Of a stretch of 64,000 nucleotides of DNA, positions 38,650 through 51,850 are shown piece by piece. Under the pieces are notes generated by a model. That model did no database searches. It was given only the letters and a program-made list of their open reading frames with translations, and had not been told where the DNA came from. The stretch lies in contig NC_045697.1 in NCBI RefSeq assembly GCF_009834535.1, positions 17,486,001-17,550,000 of the forward strand. The letters run 5' to 3'. Numbering within the stretch: the stretch's first letter is position 1; each line of letters starts with the position of its first letter. This DNA is from Camelus ferus. Lineage: Eukaryota. A program made the position numbers and the translations under genes.

Positions 38650-39215
38650 TCTTACTCCTCAACATTTAAATACAAAATTACTGTATGACCCAGCAATTTC
38701 ACTCCGAGGTATACACCCAAAAGAAATGAAAACATATATCCACATAGAAACTTGACTATAGCAGCATTATTCATAATAACCAATAGGTGAAAACAACCCA
38801 AATGTCATTCATCAACAGATGAATGAATAAACAAATTGTGGTATATACATAGAACAGAATGTTATTCAGCCATAAAAAGGAACGAAGCTGTGATACACGC
38901 TACAACTTGGATAAACCTTGAATACATTATAAGTGAAAGAAGCTAGACAAAAAAGGTCATGATTCCTTTTATATGAGATACCCAGAATAGGCAAATCCGC
39001 AGAGATGGAAAGCAGATTAGGAGTTACCAATAGGGGGGAGGGGGAAACAGGGAGTGATAATGTAATGGTTAATTTTGATTTTTGCTTTTCCTGGGGTGGT
39101 GAAAAAGTTTTAGAGAGAGGTGATGGCTGCACAACGCTGTAACTACACTAAATGCCACTGAATTGTATACTTTAAAATTGCTATATAAGAATTTCACCTC
39201 AAGTTTAAAAAAAAA
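38650..39215 (+). mobile_element. L1MB-like 3' end
   Basis: 'tatgacccagcaatttcactcc...gcagcattattcataata...cacgctacaacttggataaaccttga...cactgaattgtatactttaaaa' plus A tail. Confidence 0.9.
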
Positions 39216-39634
39216 CTTCTGGGCAGCTATACATAGAAACCATATTGTATAAACTAGTTGTCTCTGGGGAGGAGCACTGGGTACCTGGGAGACAGGGCAC
39301 CAAGGTGTCTTTTCATTGTATGCTTTTTTTGTACTTTAAAATTTTGAACCATGTGGACAAGAAGGGATATGAAGGTTTAAAGATGTATGTGTCCTCTCTA
39401 CAAAGTCCAAGATAAATAGGTAAAGAATGAGTTAGTGGCAGGTCACAATTAATTCAAAGTCTACAAACAAAGATTCTAGCTCAGTTCTCCAAATACTTGT
39501 TTTCTAGAGGCTCCCATTGGTTGGGCTAAATTCATCATATCCCATCAGGGAGAGCATCATTTTGGAAGGCAACTGGGCATCTGGATTGGCTCTGCCTTGT
39601 GAATGGAAGATGCAGCAGAGTGCTCAGGAGACTT

Positions 39635-39830
39635 GGTGGTAGAGTGGGTGAGGCAGATCTGGGGAATGGCCACATGTCCTTGGGTTAGGTGTGTGACCTC
39701 TCTGAGACTCAGTTTTCTCTCCATAAAATGGGGATGATCAGACCTACTTCTCAGAGTTCGTGTGGCAATGTTATAGAGTATTAAGGTAATATAAGGATGT
39801 TCCCGGTACCCTGCAAGCACGCAGCAATGC
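39635..39830 (+). mobile_element. MIR SINE
   Basis: 'acctctctgagactcagttttctctccataaaatggggatgat'. Confidence 0.8.
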
Positions 39831-40074
39831 TAGTGTCCTTTCCCAGGAAGGGGGCAGTGCTGCAGGTTTCTGCCTGCTCAAGGGACTCTACCCAGTGACT
39901 TTTCATGAAGATTCGCTCAGACTTCATTGTTCGACTAGCCCAGCTACAAGCTCAATCTTTCTCCAGTATCTTTCCGAGCCCTCCATTTCCTCCATTTTTA
40001 TAAGTCAAGACTGTATCATTGAAGTAGAGAATGAATAAAAAAGTAAAGAATTAGACTCCTAAGGGTGACTAGAG

Positions 40075-40270
40075 CTGTGATTCATTGAGTGCTTACCTTG
40101 GGCCTTGTATTTTAAATTTTATTTCTAACTCTTATAACAGCCCTAGAAACAATAGATTTCAATCCTCACTTTACAAAGCACAGAGAGTTTAAGTAACTTG
40201 CTCACAGTCACACAGCACTAGTAAGAGAGCAGAAGTTGGAACCCAAGACTGCCTGACTTTCTACCCTATC
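40075..40270 (-). mobile_element. MIR SINE
   Basis: 'gcacagagagtttaagtaacttgctcacagtcacacagc'. Confidence 0.8.
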
Positions 40271-41749
40271 GCATTCCATCATGGAACTTAACTTGTAAAC
40301 TTCCAAAGTCAAGGCTACTGCTCCAGGTGGACTTAGAACAATCACAGGATCTAGATGAAAGTTAGAGGAGGCCCCAAACAAAATCCAGTCTAACCGCCCC
40401 TGACAACGATCCCTTACTTCAACATCCCTGATTCTCTAATGGGGAGCTCACCACCTCATGTGACACCCCTTTCCATTTTTAGACAATTCTAATTACTAGG
40501 AAGACTCATAATGTGCTATTTGCCAGCCAGATTCACCTGCTATCTTCATTACAACTTCATACACCCTGATGAGGCCATCATTAAGACATCCTCAGTTGAA
40601 ATACTAAATCCATTACCTCCTGGACGTGCAGAAGGTCCCTAACACCATTGCCAAATAAAGTCCCTCCAGAACACCAGCAATGCAGACAAAGTCATGAAGG
40701 GATGTTGATTGCTGCTCCAGTTGAGTCTGGGATAGGTGATTACCTCTTCCTGAGAAAAGGTCTTTCTGGATGGGATGTATTGTCACTTGGGATGGAGGTA
40801 GAGCATGTATTGCAAAAGTTTAAAAATAATCAGAGTCGTGTGTATGCAGCACAATTCCTTGGTTAATTAAAATACTGCAAAAAGCAATGAAAGCTGATTT
40901 TTGTGCTTCTCTTTCTTCCTGATTTTCAGCTTCTCTGGCAGTTTTCTGTTGAGTTGAAGGACAGTCAGCGCTATATAATAAAAAAATGAGCTAATGTCAT
41001 TAGCTTCCCGCACCATGAGTTTACTGTAAGAGCCACCTGCTAACAATGGGGATTAAAAGTGGATAAGAATTAAGAAGGGGGATCCAAGGTCTTCTGCGTG
41101 CATGAGCCGTGCTCACCTGATTCTCCGCAAGGGAAACGAAATATGTTTATGTGATTGTGCAAACTGCGGGAAACGAAAAGATGCCAGGGTCAGAAAAGGA
41201 ATGTGGTTCCTCTGGGATTTCAGGTGGCAAATAGGATTGAGAATCTTAACGTTAATGAAGACAACAAAAATCACATAATTAACACACACTGTTAACACCT
41301 CATTAGTCTCCCGGGGCTTAAGTTATGCTAAAAATAATCAACACATTTTGCTTAAATAAGGTACTCTTACAGGTGGTGATGAAGGCTGCCTTGGCCACAG
41401 CAGAATGAGGCCATTTCTTGGCATTTTCTTCAAATGCTTTAAAGCAAGATTTATCTTCATCCCGAGGAAGGGATTATTAAAAACATATGTGGAATTACAG
41501 AATGGAAATGAGTGTATTATTATGAGCCTCTCAGACTCTGAGCCTGACTCCAAAATCTTACATAACTCTATTTCACAACCCAGGTCCCCTAAGGCAGGAT
41601 TGTCTCCTAAATGAATTTCCTGGGGGACACTGGTGCTGGCTACCAGTCAAGCTGTAAAATAGGCCAGTTTTGTTTGGTGTCTCTCTTCCCTGTGACTCTC
41701 TAAGCATTAAGACTCCTAAACATTATATATTCACTTCCACCTAATCTGG

Positions 41750-42140
41750 CCTATGATGGTGGAGGAAGTAATGTTGCAGGACTCTGGGCCCAGGAGTTAG
41801 GAAGGCCTGAACCTTTCGCCATGCCTTGAGCTACCAAGTAAGAAGTCCAAGTACCCCTATAGTAAAACAAGGCCACACAGAGAGGCCCTGGAGGCTGAGT
41901 CATCACACGAAGGGCAGCCACATGGAGGAACACCTAAGGCTTGGATATCCAGCCCAGTGGCAGCCCCAGTTGCCCACTGACTGTAAGTGCAAGAAAGAAC
42001 CCAAGCAGAACTTGCACTTGTAGGTCTGCTGTAGCGGAACTGCCAGGAGCCAATTCGCAGCCAGTGCACTATCAAAACCACCTATGAGACGTGATAAAAA
42101 TGGTTGTCTGGGGTGAATGCTGCAAGGCAATAAATAACCA
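41750..42140 (+). mobile_element. MLT1F/G-like LTR fragment
   Basis: 'ccacatggaggaacacctaag...gactgtaagtgcaagaaagaacccaagcagaac...gataaaaatggttgt...gcaataaataacc'. Confidence 0.65.
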
Positions 42141-42703
42141 AATCTCTCTCTGCCCCTCCCCTGTGATGATGTCCTTGTTCACCCACTCTTGACCACCTCT
42201 CTGAGCATTTCCAAAATAGCTCCTGACAATCATGTAGATGATTTGGGAAAATCATCTACGTGGGTTCACACATGTCCATGGAAGAGGGTCTCTCCACATT
42301 TCTTGGCAAAATAATTGTATTCACTGGGATTTTGGGAGATGGGACAACAGACTTCTTTTTCTAAGCTAAGAAAGATAATGCTAAGTTGTTCCTTAACTTC
42401 TCTTGCTCTTGTTTTCTCTCTGTGTGAAAATAGAAACACTACTACCCCTGTGGGGTTAAATAGCAAAATCCCTGAGTTTAAGGGCTGATAGTGCTGGTTG
42501 GGGAGAGGGGTGAGAGTTATTGCTTAATTCCGCTGCACTGGACAGCCCCCTAAATTTTAGAGAGTCAGTGATGGCTCTCTAAAGGGATTTTTCAAGTAAT
42601 CCTCAAACCGAAAGCTTTTCTTTTCCTGTCAAAAGTCAGGCCAGACAACAAAACTGCTCCTATTCCCCCTGTGAAGATTGGAGCTTGTGCTCAGAACAGA
42701 GAG

Positions 42704-45035
42704 ATTTTTGTATATTAATCTTGCATCCTGGTACCTTGCTGAATTTGTTTCTCTGTTCTAGTAGTTTATGTGTGGAGTATTTAGGGTTTTCTATATATAG
42801 TAACATGTCATCTGCATATAGTGACAATTTTACCTCTTCCTTTCCAATTTGGATCCCTTTTATTTCTTTTTCTTACCTTATTGCCATGGCTAAGACTTCC
42901 AATACTATGTTGAATAGAAATGATAAGAGTGGGCATCCTTGTCTTGTTCCAGATTTTAGTGGGAAGGCTTCCAACTTTTCACTGTTGAGCATTATGTTGG
43001 CTGTGGGTTTGTCATAAATAGCTTTTGTTATGTTGAAATATGTTCCCTCTACAACCACTTTGGTAAGAATTTTTATCAAGAATGGGTACTGATTTTATCA
43101 AATGTTTTTTCTACATCTATTGAGATGATCATGTGATTTTTGCCCTTTCTGTTGTTAATGTGGTGCATCATGTTGACAGATTTGCATATGTTGAACCGTC
43201 CTTGTGACCCTGGGATGAATCCAACTTGATTATGGTGTATGAGCCGAGAACTATAAAACACTGATAAAGGAAACTGAAGATGATTTAAAGAAATGGGAAG
43301 ATATTCCATGTTCTTGGATTGGAAGAATTAATATTGTTAAAATGGCTGTACTACCCAAAGCAATCTACAGGTTACCTATAAAACTACCTATGACATTTTT
43401 CACAGAACTAGAGCAGATAATTCTACAGTTTATATGGAATCACAAAAGACCCAGAATTTCGAAAGCAGTACTGAGGAAAAAGAACAAAGCTGGAGGAATA
43501 ACACTCCCAGACTTCAGGCAATACTATAAAGCTACAGTACTCAAAACAGCATGGTACCGGCACAAAAACAGACATATGGGTCAATGGAACAGAATAGAGA
43601 GCCCAGAAATAAACCCACACACCTATGGTAAATGAATCTTTCACAAAGGAGGCAAGAATATACAATGGAGAAAAGACAGTCTCTTTGGCAAGTAGTGTTT
43701 TGGGAAAGCTGGACAGCCGCATGAATATCAATGAAGTCCGAACACTCTCACACCACACACAAAAATAAACTCAAAATGGCTTAAAGGCTTAAATATGAGA
43801 CAGGACACCATAAATCTCCTAGAAGAGAAAATAGGCAAAACATTCTCTGACATAAATCATAGCAATGTCCTAGGTCAGTCTCTGAAGGCAACATATATAA
43901 AAGCAAAAATAAGCAAATGAGACCCTATCAAACATAAACTTTTGCACAGCAAAGGAAACCATAAACAAAATGAAAAGACAACCTATGGCCTGGGAGAAAA
44001 TGTTTGGAAACAACGCTACTGATAAAGGCTTAATTTCCAAAATATACAATAGTTCATACAACTCAATATCAAAAAAAAAAAAACAACCCAATCAAAGAAT
44101 GGGCAGAAGACCTAAACAGACATTTCTCCAGTGAAGACATACAAATGGCCAACAGGCATATGAAAAGATGCTCAATATCGCAAATTATCAGAGAAATGCA
44201 AACCAAAACTACAATGAGGTATCACTGCACACCAGTGAGAATGGCCATCAGTTTAAAAGTCCACAAAAAGTAAATGCTGGAAAGGGTGTGGAGGAAAAGG
44301 AACCCTCCTACACTGTTGGTGGGAATGTAAATTGGTGCATCCACTATGAAAAACAGTATGAAGATTCTTTAAAAAAACTAAAAATAAAGTCACCATATGA
44401 TCCAGCAGTCCTAATCCTGGGCATGTATCTGGAGAAAACTCTAATCCAAGAAGATACATGGACCTCAATGTTCATAGCAGCACTATTTACAATAACCAAG
44501 ACATGGAAGCAACATAAATGTTCATTGACAGATGAGATAAAGAAGAAGTGGTGTGTGTGTGTGTGTGTGTGTGTATAAAATGAATACTACTCACCATAAA
44601 AAAGAATGAAATAATGCCACTTGCAGCAACATGGAGGAACATAGAGATTATCATATTAACTGAAGTAAGTCAGACAGGGAAAGACAAATATTACATGATA
44701 TCACTTATATGTGGAATCTAAAAAATGATACAAATGAATTTATTTACAAAACAGAAATAAACTCACAGGCATAGAAAACGAACTTATGGTTACCAAAGGG
44801 GAAAGGTGGTGGGGAGGGATAAATTAGGAGTTTGGGATTAGCAAATACAAACCACTACATATAAAATAGAAAAAGAACAAAAGACAAATATCTGAAAGGG
44901 AACTATATTCAATATCTTGTAATAGCCTATAATGGAAAAGAATATATATGTATAACTGAATCACTATGCTGTACACCAGAAACTAACACAGCACTGTAAA
45001 TCAACTATACTTAAAGAAAAAAAGGAAAAAAAAAA
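42704..45035 (+). mobile_element. Lineage L1, ~2.3 kb, with 5' inversion (42704-43242 reverse; 43243-45035 forward, poly-A tail)
   Basis: Reverse part encodes [10 protein letters not shown]...GTRQGCPL...LYADDM. Forward part encodes ENYKTL...[10 protein letters not shown]...[15 protein letters not shown], then 3'UTR and A tail. Frameshifted, so non-functional. Confidence 0.95.
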
Positions 45036-45619
45036 AGAACACAGAGAGGTAGATTGGCAGAAAATAACCACAAGGCTTTGATAGAAATAAAGCAAAACAA
45101 AGAATTTTGAGAACACATCAAAGGAGCATTTACACAGACCTGTGCAGTAGCCTTAACATTAGGAAAGCTAAAGTTTCAGAAGTATTGTTGACAAGACTTC
45201 TTTGACTGACTTTAGAAAACTTACATTGAATGAAAAAATGGATGGATCATTGGATGTCCTTGATGGGCACAGAGTACAATTTGCCCACCAGCTCTGCTAA
45301 AGGGAAACAACCATTTGACACTGTCTGTGAATGGTGCAGAACCAGGATGATGATTGAGGTGCAACCTTTCCTTCAGCTGCAACTGGTTGAGGCTTATATC
45401 ACTCCCTCCAGGTAAGGAGTATGCAAGACTTTGTTGTTGTGTTTCTAGTCTGGCGCTTCTTTATTCATGCTTAAGCTAACTGTAAGCAGTTAATTCCATG
45501 GGATGAGCTTGGTCCTTCTCATTTAATCTTGCTATCTTTATAAAATCCCAAATTAAAGAATTTCCTTAGTTCCTTAAAGAACTAAAGAAAAATATCTGAA
45601 CTAGAAGTGGGACACCTAC

Positions 45620-46020
45620 CTAATAAACATTTTTTCCTTCTTAATAAGGAAAACTCCATTTTGTTAGGGTAGCTGTGAGACTAAGAACACTTGCTCGTCA
45701 GATTCCCATGAATCTAGGGATGCCCTGCGATACATTTCTGCCATGAGACATAAATGGACAGCATCTGGGATATAGGGTGCTGCTACTGCCCCCGCTGTCC
45801 CGAGTGAGAAGCACATCTGGAAGTATAAAAGCCAACTTGCAGCAATGAGGCAACACGCGTGAAGTCAGAGGTCTATACACTGATGACGGTGGATAGGAAA
45901 GATGCAAATGCCCTAAACCCCAATGGTATAACGGAGCTGTGAACTTGCTGTTCCATGAGACTAATAGCTAGATGTTTAAGCAATTTGAAAATCATATTTT
46001 CAGCCAAAAGCATTCCTGGC
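45620..46020 (+). mobile_element. Old MLT1-like LTR fragment
   Basis: 'aaactccattttgttaggg...ccttgcagcaatgagg...ttccatgagactaata...tgtttaagc...cagccaaaagcattcct' pattern. Confidence 0.55.
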
Positions 46021-48117
46021 AGATCCTCTTGGGTTGATCTGATTGAAAACTGTAGTCCGGGTTCTAGTGCCCATAGTAGGTAAGGGGGAAAGCATTCTTA
46101 ATTGAACATTGCCTGAATAAAGGTGAATTCCTTACAGGGTACATTGTATTAGTTTCAGCTACAAATAAAAGAAACCCCTGGCTTGCACTAACTTATATAA
46201 CAAATCACAGAGTGGGAAGTCCAGAGGTAAAAATGATGCAGAAGCAGAACCATCAGGGTCCAGATAATTCCGCCTCTCTGCTTGGCCATCCCTGGAGCAC
46301 CTCACATGCTAGTTGAACTAGATTAATCAGAAACTTTCCTAGGTGACCCGCTGAATCCTGTTGGGTAGAGTTGGATCCTTGAACAAAATGTATGCCTGTC
46401 AGAAAGGAAAAGCAGGGATTGATAATCACAGCAAACCCAAAGTGTCCACAACACACATGTTACATAAGCACTTTGCAAAATGTGGAAAGCCCCGAAGTAC
46501 GAAATGATGATGATTCTACCAGCCCAGTGCCAACACTGGTTTGAACACTTTCTGTTGCCATTTGAAAAAAAGAGGGCTTGTTTTCTTGTCCATTCAGTTA
46601 ACATTTATGGCTTCCAACTGAATGGGCTGATTCATTCATCCCATTTGACTAGCCTCATAACAGGAAGTAATGAAAGTATCCCAAGGGACCAAATAGCCCT
46701 CTTGTAAAACTGGAATATTTGAAGAAAAATAATCCCCTCCTTTTCTTCCTCCCATCTAAGCCACCTTCACTGGTGGTGCTGAAGTGAACCCAAACTCCGT
46801 TTAAATGAAAAGAAAGAGATTCCAAAGTCTGTTCAATAACAAGACAAAGTCATGGATGTTTATTAGAAATAATCTTTTTTTTTCAGTGTGGTGCTCATGT
46901 TCTTAGGAATTTTAAGAACCAGCGCCTCACCAGGAATAGATGTGAAAACTGAGTGACAGGATTGTGTGGTGTGTAGGCAGCTTCACAGGAGTTCATTTCC
47001 CCCAGAACACTAATCTGCTTGTGCATAGCCCACTGTGGTACTCAGTGTGGCATACATCAGGGAGAAAAATTCGCAGGTCCAGGAATCACCTGCTAGATGT
47101 ACAGAATTCTGACAAACCAGAGCAGCACCTGTGTTTTCCTTTGGGGAACTATGTCTTCCTCTCTCTCCCTCATACGGTTCTGGTGGTGCTGACCCCGCTC
47201 CTGGCTATAGGGGGTGGAACTAAGACACAGTATAGTATTCCATCCTCATTGATGCATTGCCTGGTTCAGATACGGGAACAGGATCCAAATACCCCCGTGA
47301 GACTCAACTTGTGATAATTATTAGAGCTACTAGAATATAAGATTCTGGCTTTTTCAGTTACATGAGCCCATAAAATCCCCTGTTTGCTGAAGTTGGCATG
47401 AACTGTATTTTTATCACTTGTAACTGAAGGAGATGTAGCTAATACAGAAACATAGGTACTAATATCGAGTCTTAAAGAGGAGGAAGGGCTACCTGCGGTG
47501 AGATAAAGAAATTCATTTTATATTCACAAGTTTCCCCATACTGATCATGATAGCTTTGTGTGCTCCCTGGCCTGATTTAGAAAATGAGTAATCCTCAAAA
47601 AAACAAGTGATAAAATGACAGAGTGCAGTGGTTACTGTATGCTAAGCACTATGCTGGTTATTTTTGCACACACTTCTCATTTAATCCTTACACGGTGACT
47701 GTCCCTGTTTTCACATGGGAGAACCCTAAGGATCGGAGTGGATAAAGGCTCGGAGTCAGTGCCTGGTTTAGTTAACCCAAGGTCGGGAGCAACACTCACC
47801 ACTCGAGGTCTCCATCAGAGACCAGGGCGGAAGGTATGTCTAACAGTTGCTTCCAGGGATTGATTAGTTCCTCAACAAGATGACCATTCAGCAATCAATA
47901 GGAAAGCCTTCTCTTTTTACTCTAAAATCCTTACTCTTTAGAGGTTTGATCTCAAACTCTCCGAGGCTGAATTTTAAGGACCAACAACATAAACTCCAAC
48001 TCCATTTAGATGACTTTGTCTGGAAAGAATTTGAACTTGAGATTATTCTCATACCAGTGAGGTCAGCCCAATAGCTGCCAACCTGGTAATTCTGCTAATG
48101 TTTACAAATGCCTTTGC

Positions 48118-51100
48118 TTTTCAAATTTATTGAAGTACAATTTATAAGCAATAAAATGCGTGTTCTTTGACAAATATAAACACTCATGCAAGCATCCCAC
48201 ATTCAATATATCCACTTCCATCTCCCCAGAAAGATGTTTTATGTCCCTCTGCAGCTAACTCTCACACAGACCCACACCCAATGCTCCTTCACCTCCCTTC
48301 TAGGAAACCATTGTTCTGATTTCTATGACAATAGATTAGTTAACCTGTCCTAGAACTTCATTTGAATAGACTCATATGATGCATATTATTTTGTGTCTGG
48401 CTTCTTTCTCTCAGGGTAATATTGTTGACATCCATCCATATTGTATGTACCAGCAGTTTATCCCAGTGGAAAAATTAAGAATAAAACTCCTCTGTATATT
48501 CTTGTATAAGTCTTTGTGTGAACATACACTTTCATTTCTCTTGAGTAAATATCTCTATAATGAAATTATTGGATCACATGTTAAATATATATTTAACCCT
48601 ATAAGAAACTTCTAAAGAGTTTTCCAACATGGTTGTACCATTTTACACTTTCACCGATAATGTTTGAGAGTTCTAGCTACTCCACATCCTCACCAACATT
48701 TACATTGTCAGTCTTTTTATTTTTAGCCAAGTACATGATGTACAGTGATGTTCAATTGTAGTTTTGTTTTCCTGATGACCAGTGAAGATTCTTATTGGCC
48801 ATTTGTATTGAAGCAGTGGTTAAATTCTTCGATCAATTTTTAAAAATTGGGTTATCTTTTTTCTTATTATTTCATTGTAAGAATTCTTTATGTATTCTGG
48901 ATATAAGTCCTTTGATAGATGTGTATTAGTAATATTTTTTTCTGGTTGGTGGTTTGCCTTTTCAGTTTTGCAAAGATGTATTTGAAGAGCAAAAATTTTT
49001 ACTTGTGATGAAATCCAATTTGGCCATTTTTTCTTTTATGATTTATGCTTTTTTGTTCTACTAAGCAATCTTTACCTACTTGAAGGTCACAAAGATTTAT
49101 CTCTGACACTTGATTAGTAGAGTTTTCTAATAGGTCTTGAAGTCAGGTAGTATGTCCTCTGACTTTTTTCCCCCCAAATTATTTTAGCTATTCTAGATCC
49201 TTTGCTTTTCCACATACATAGTAGAATCACCTCTTCAATTTCTGCAAAAAAATCTGCTGGACTTATGACCAGAATTGAATTGAATTTGAAATAACTGACA
49301 TCTTAACAATACTGAATTTTGTATCCATGAATATGAAGTAACTGTATATTTAGATTTACTTTAATATCTCTCAGAAGTATTTTGTATTTTTGTACATTTT
49401 GTACATTTTAAGGGTTGATGTATTAAAATATTTTTATAAATTTATTACTTAATATTTTATTCTCTTTGATGCTATTATAAATGGTATTTATTTCATTTTC
49501 AATGGTTTGTTGCCAGTATGTAAAAATCCAATTGATCTTTACTGACTTTGCATATGTGACCTTGTTAAAATCTCTTACTATTTATAGCAATGTTTTAAAA
49601 AATAGCTCTTAGAATTTTCTATCAGGTTGATCATGATGCTTGTATAATATTTATTTCCTCCTCAATATTCATGCTTTTTTCTTGTCTTATTACACTGGCA
49701 AAGACTTCCAGTACTTTATTGAATGGAGGTGGGAAGACCAGATATCCTTGTTTTGTTCCTAATCTTAAGTGGAAAGCAGTCAATATTTCTCTATTACCTG
49801 TGCTATTACCTGTAGGTTTTTCATAGCCTTTATTGAAGGTTGCCCTCTATTCCTCATTTGATAAAGAGTTCTTATCATGAATAGGGGTTGGATTTTGTCA
49901 GATACTTTTTCTTCCCCTGTGGAGATAATCATGTGATTTTTCTCCCTTACTCTGTTAATGTGGTGAATTGCATAAATGACTTTTCAAGTGTTAAACGACT
50001 CTTGCATTTCTGAGATAAATTCTACTTGGTCATGATATATCTTCCATATCATATGTCTTCTGGATTTGTTTTGGTAATATTTTGTTGAGGAATTTTTCTC
50101 TATGTTCATGAGGGACATTGGTCTATCAGGATTTTGGTTTCAGGGTTATGCTAGTCTCAAAAATAAATTGAGAAGAACTTTCTCCTCTGTTTTCTGAATC
50201 CATGTGGGCCTACACTTTTCTTTGTGGGAAGGATTTTTTAAATTACAAAATAGATTTAAAAAAAATGTATAGGGCCATTTAAACTATTTTTTCTTGTGTC
50301 ATTTGTGGTAAGTTGTATTTTTCAAGAATTTTTCCAATTTCTCTCAGTTGTTGAATTTATAAACAAATTTATTCAAACTATTTACTTACCCTTTTTATAA
50401 TTATAGGATATGAAATGATATGCTCTCTTTCATTTCTTATATTGGTAATTTGGATTTCTTTCTTTTTTAAAATTTGTCTTACTAGGACTTAATTAATTTT
50501 ATTAATCTTTGCAAAATATCTACTTTTGGCTTTTTAAACTTTCTGTAAAGTTGATCTGTTTTCAATTTCATTGATTTATAATTATTTATTATTTCTTTCC
50601 TTCTACTTACATTGCTGTGATTTTTTTTAGCTTCTTAACATTCAAACCTTTCTATTTTTCTAATATAGGCATTTAAATTTATATATTTTCCTTCTAATAA
50701 CTGCTTTGGCTGCATTCCACAAATTTTGATATGTTGTTTTCATTATGATTCACTTAGAAATATTTTCTAATTTCCCTTATGGTTTCTTCTTTGACTCAAT
50801 GATTATTTAGTGTGCATTATTTAATTTCCATATATTTGCAGATTTTCTAGATATCTCATTGTTATGGACTTCTATTTTTATTTCATTGCAATCAGAGAAT
50901 ATAGTCTATAAGGCTTTAACCTTTTTAAATTTAATGAAACCAGGATAGACTTGCATATGATGTATCTTGGTGCATATTTCATGTAATCCTGAAAAGAACA
51001 TTTATTCTGCAATTGTTGGGAAAATATAATTTCAGCCATGTTAGTTGATAGTGTTCTAATAACCTATATGACAACGATTTTGTCTATGTCTTCTCTCAAT

Positions 51101-51435
51101 CAATAAGAGAGTATGTTAAAAATGTTCAACAATGATTATGGATTTATTTATTTCTCTCTTTAGGCAAGTTTTTGTTAACATATTCCAATGCTTTGTTATT
51201 GGGCATATAAACATTTAAGATTACTGTCTTCCTGGTAAATGTGTCTTTTATCATTGTGAAATGTCCAGTTGTTGTGATTATCTATAGCAGTCATCTTTGT
51301 CTTGACATCTACTTTGTCTGATATTACTATAATCATGCTCATCTTATGTTATGGTTTGCATGGTAAATCTTCTTTCCTTTTACTGCCAGTTTATCTGTAT
51401 CTTTATATTTGATATGTATCTCTTACAAGCAGCAA
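48118..51435 (-). mobile_element. Old L1 (L1MC/MB-like), ~3.3 kb of 3'UTR and ORF2 remnants
   Basis: 'tttattgaagtacaattt', 'gttttccaacatggttgtaccattttacact', 'tctggatataagtccttt' and 'atatccttgttttgttcctaatctt'. Heavily degenerate. Confidence 0.85.
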
Positions 51436-51459
51436 ATAACACTACTGAGCTATCCCTCA

Positions 51460-51850
51460 AAAATGAGAGATATCATATAAAAATATGAATCTCTGGCCTC
51501 TCTTGAGAAATAGAAGATCTGGTAAGAATAGGCAGCTTTCTCATGTGGCAACATCTGGCTGAGCAGCTGCCGCCCCCTCTGGATTCAGCATGTTCTCTCT
51601 AGTCCCCTCTCTTCTCTATTGTTTCCAAGGCACTGGGGTTGAGTTGCCATTTCTCAATGAGCTGTTGTTGTCTTTCCCATAGAACAGAAATATTTCTTCA
51701 GGCAAATATCTCCACTAAAATATGAAGATGAAATGTAGATAGGAAAGTTGAGAGTTTAAAGACGAAATAAAGACAACACATACGTGGCCCACTTTATTCA
51801 TTACGTGACCTGTCTGGTTCTCATGGGCGTTTGCATTTTCAATTCCTGTT
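51460..51850. mobile_element. MER102-like hAT-Charlie element
   Basis: 'ctctcttgagaaatagaagatctgg...gtggcaacatctggctgagcagctgcc...attcattacgtgacctgtctgg...ggcgtttg'. Confidence 0.65.

Noticed and set aside
42685..44578. ORFs with reverse-transcriptase motifs
   Set aside because: These are frameshifted fragments of a truncated L1 ORF2, not a host gene or novel RT system.
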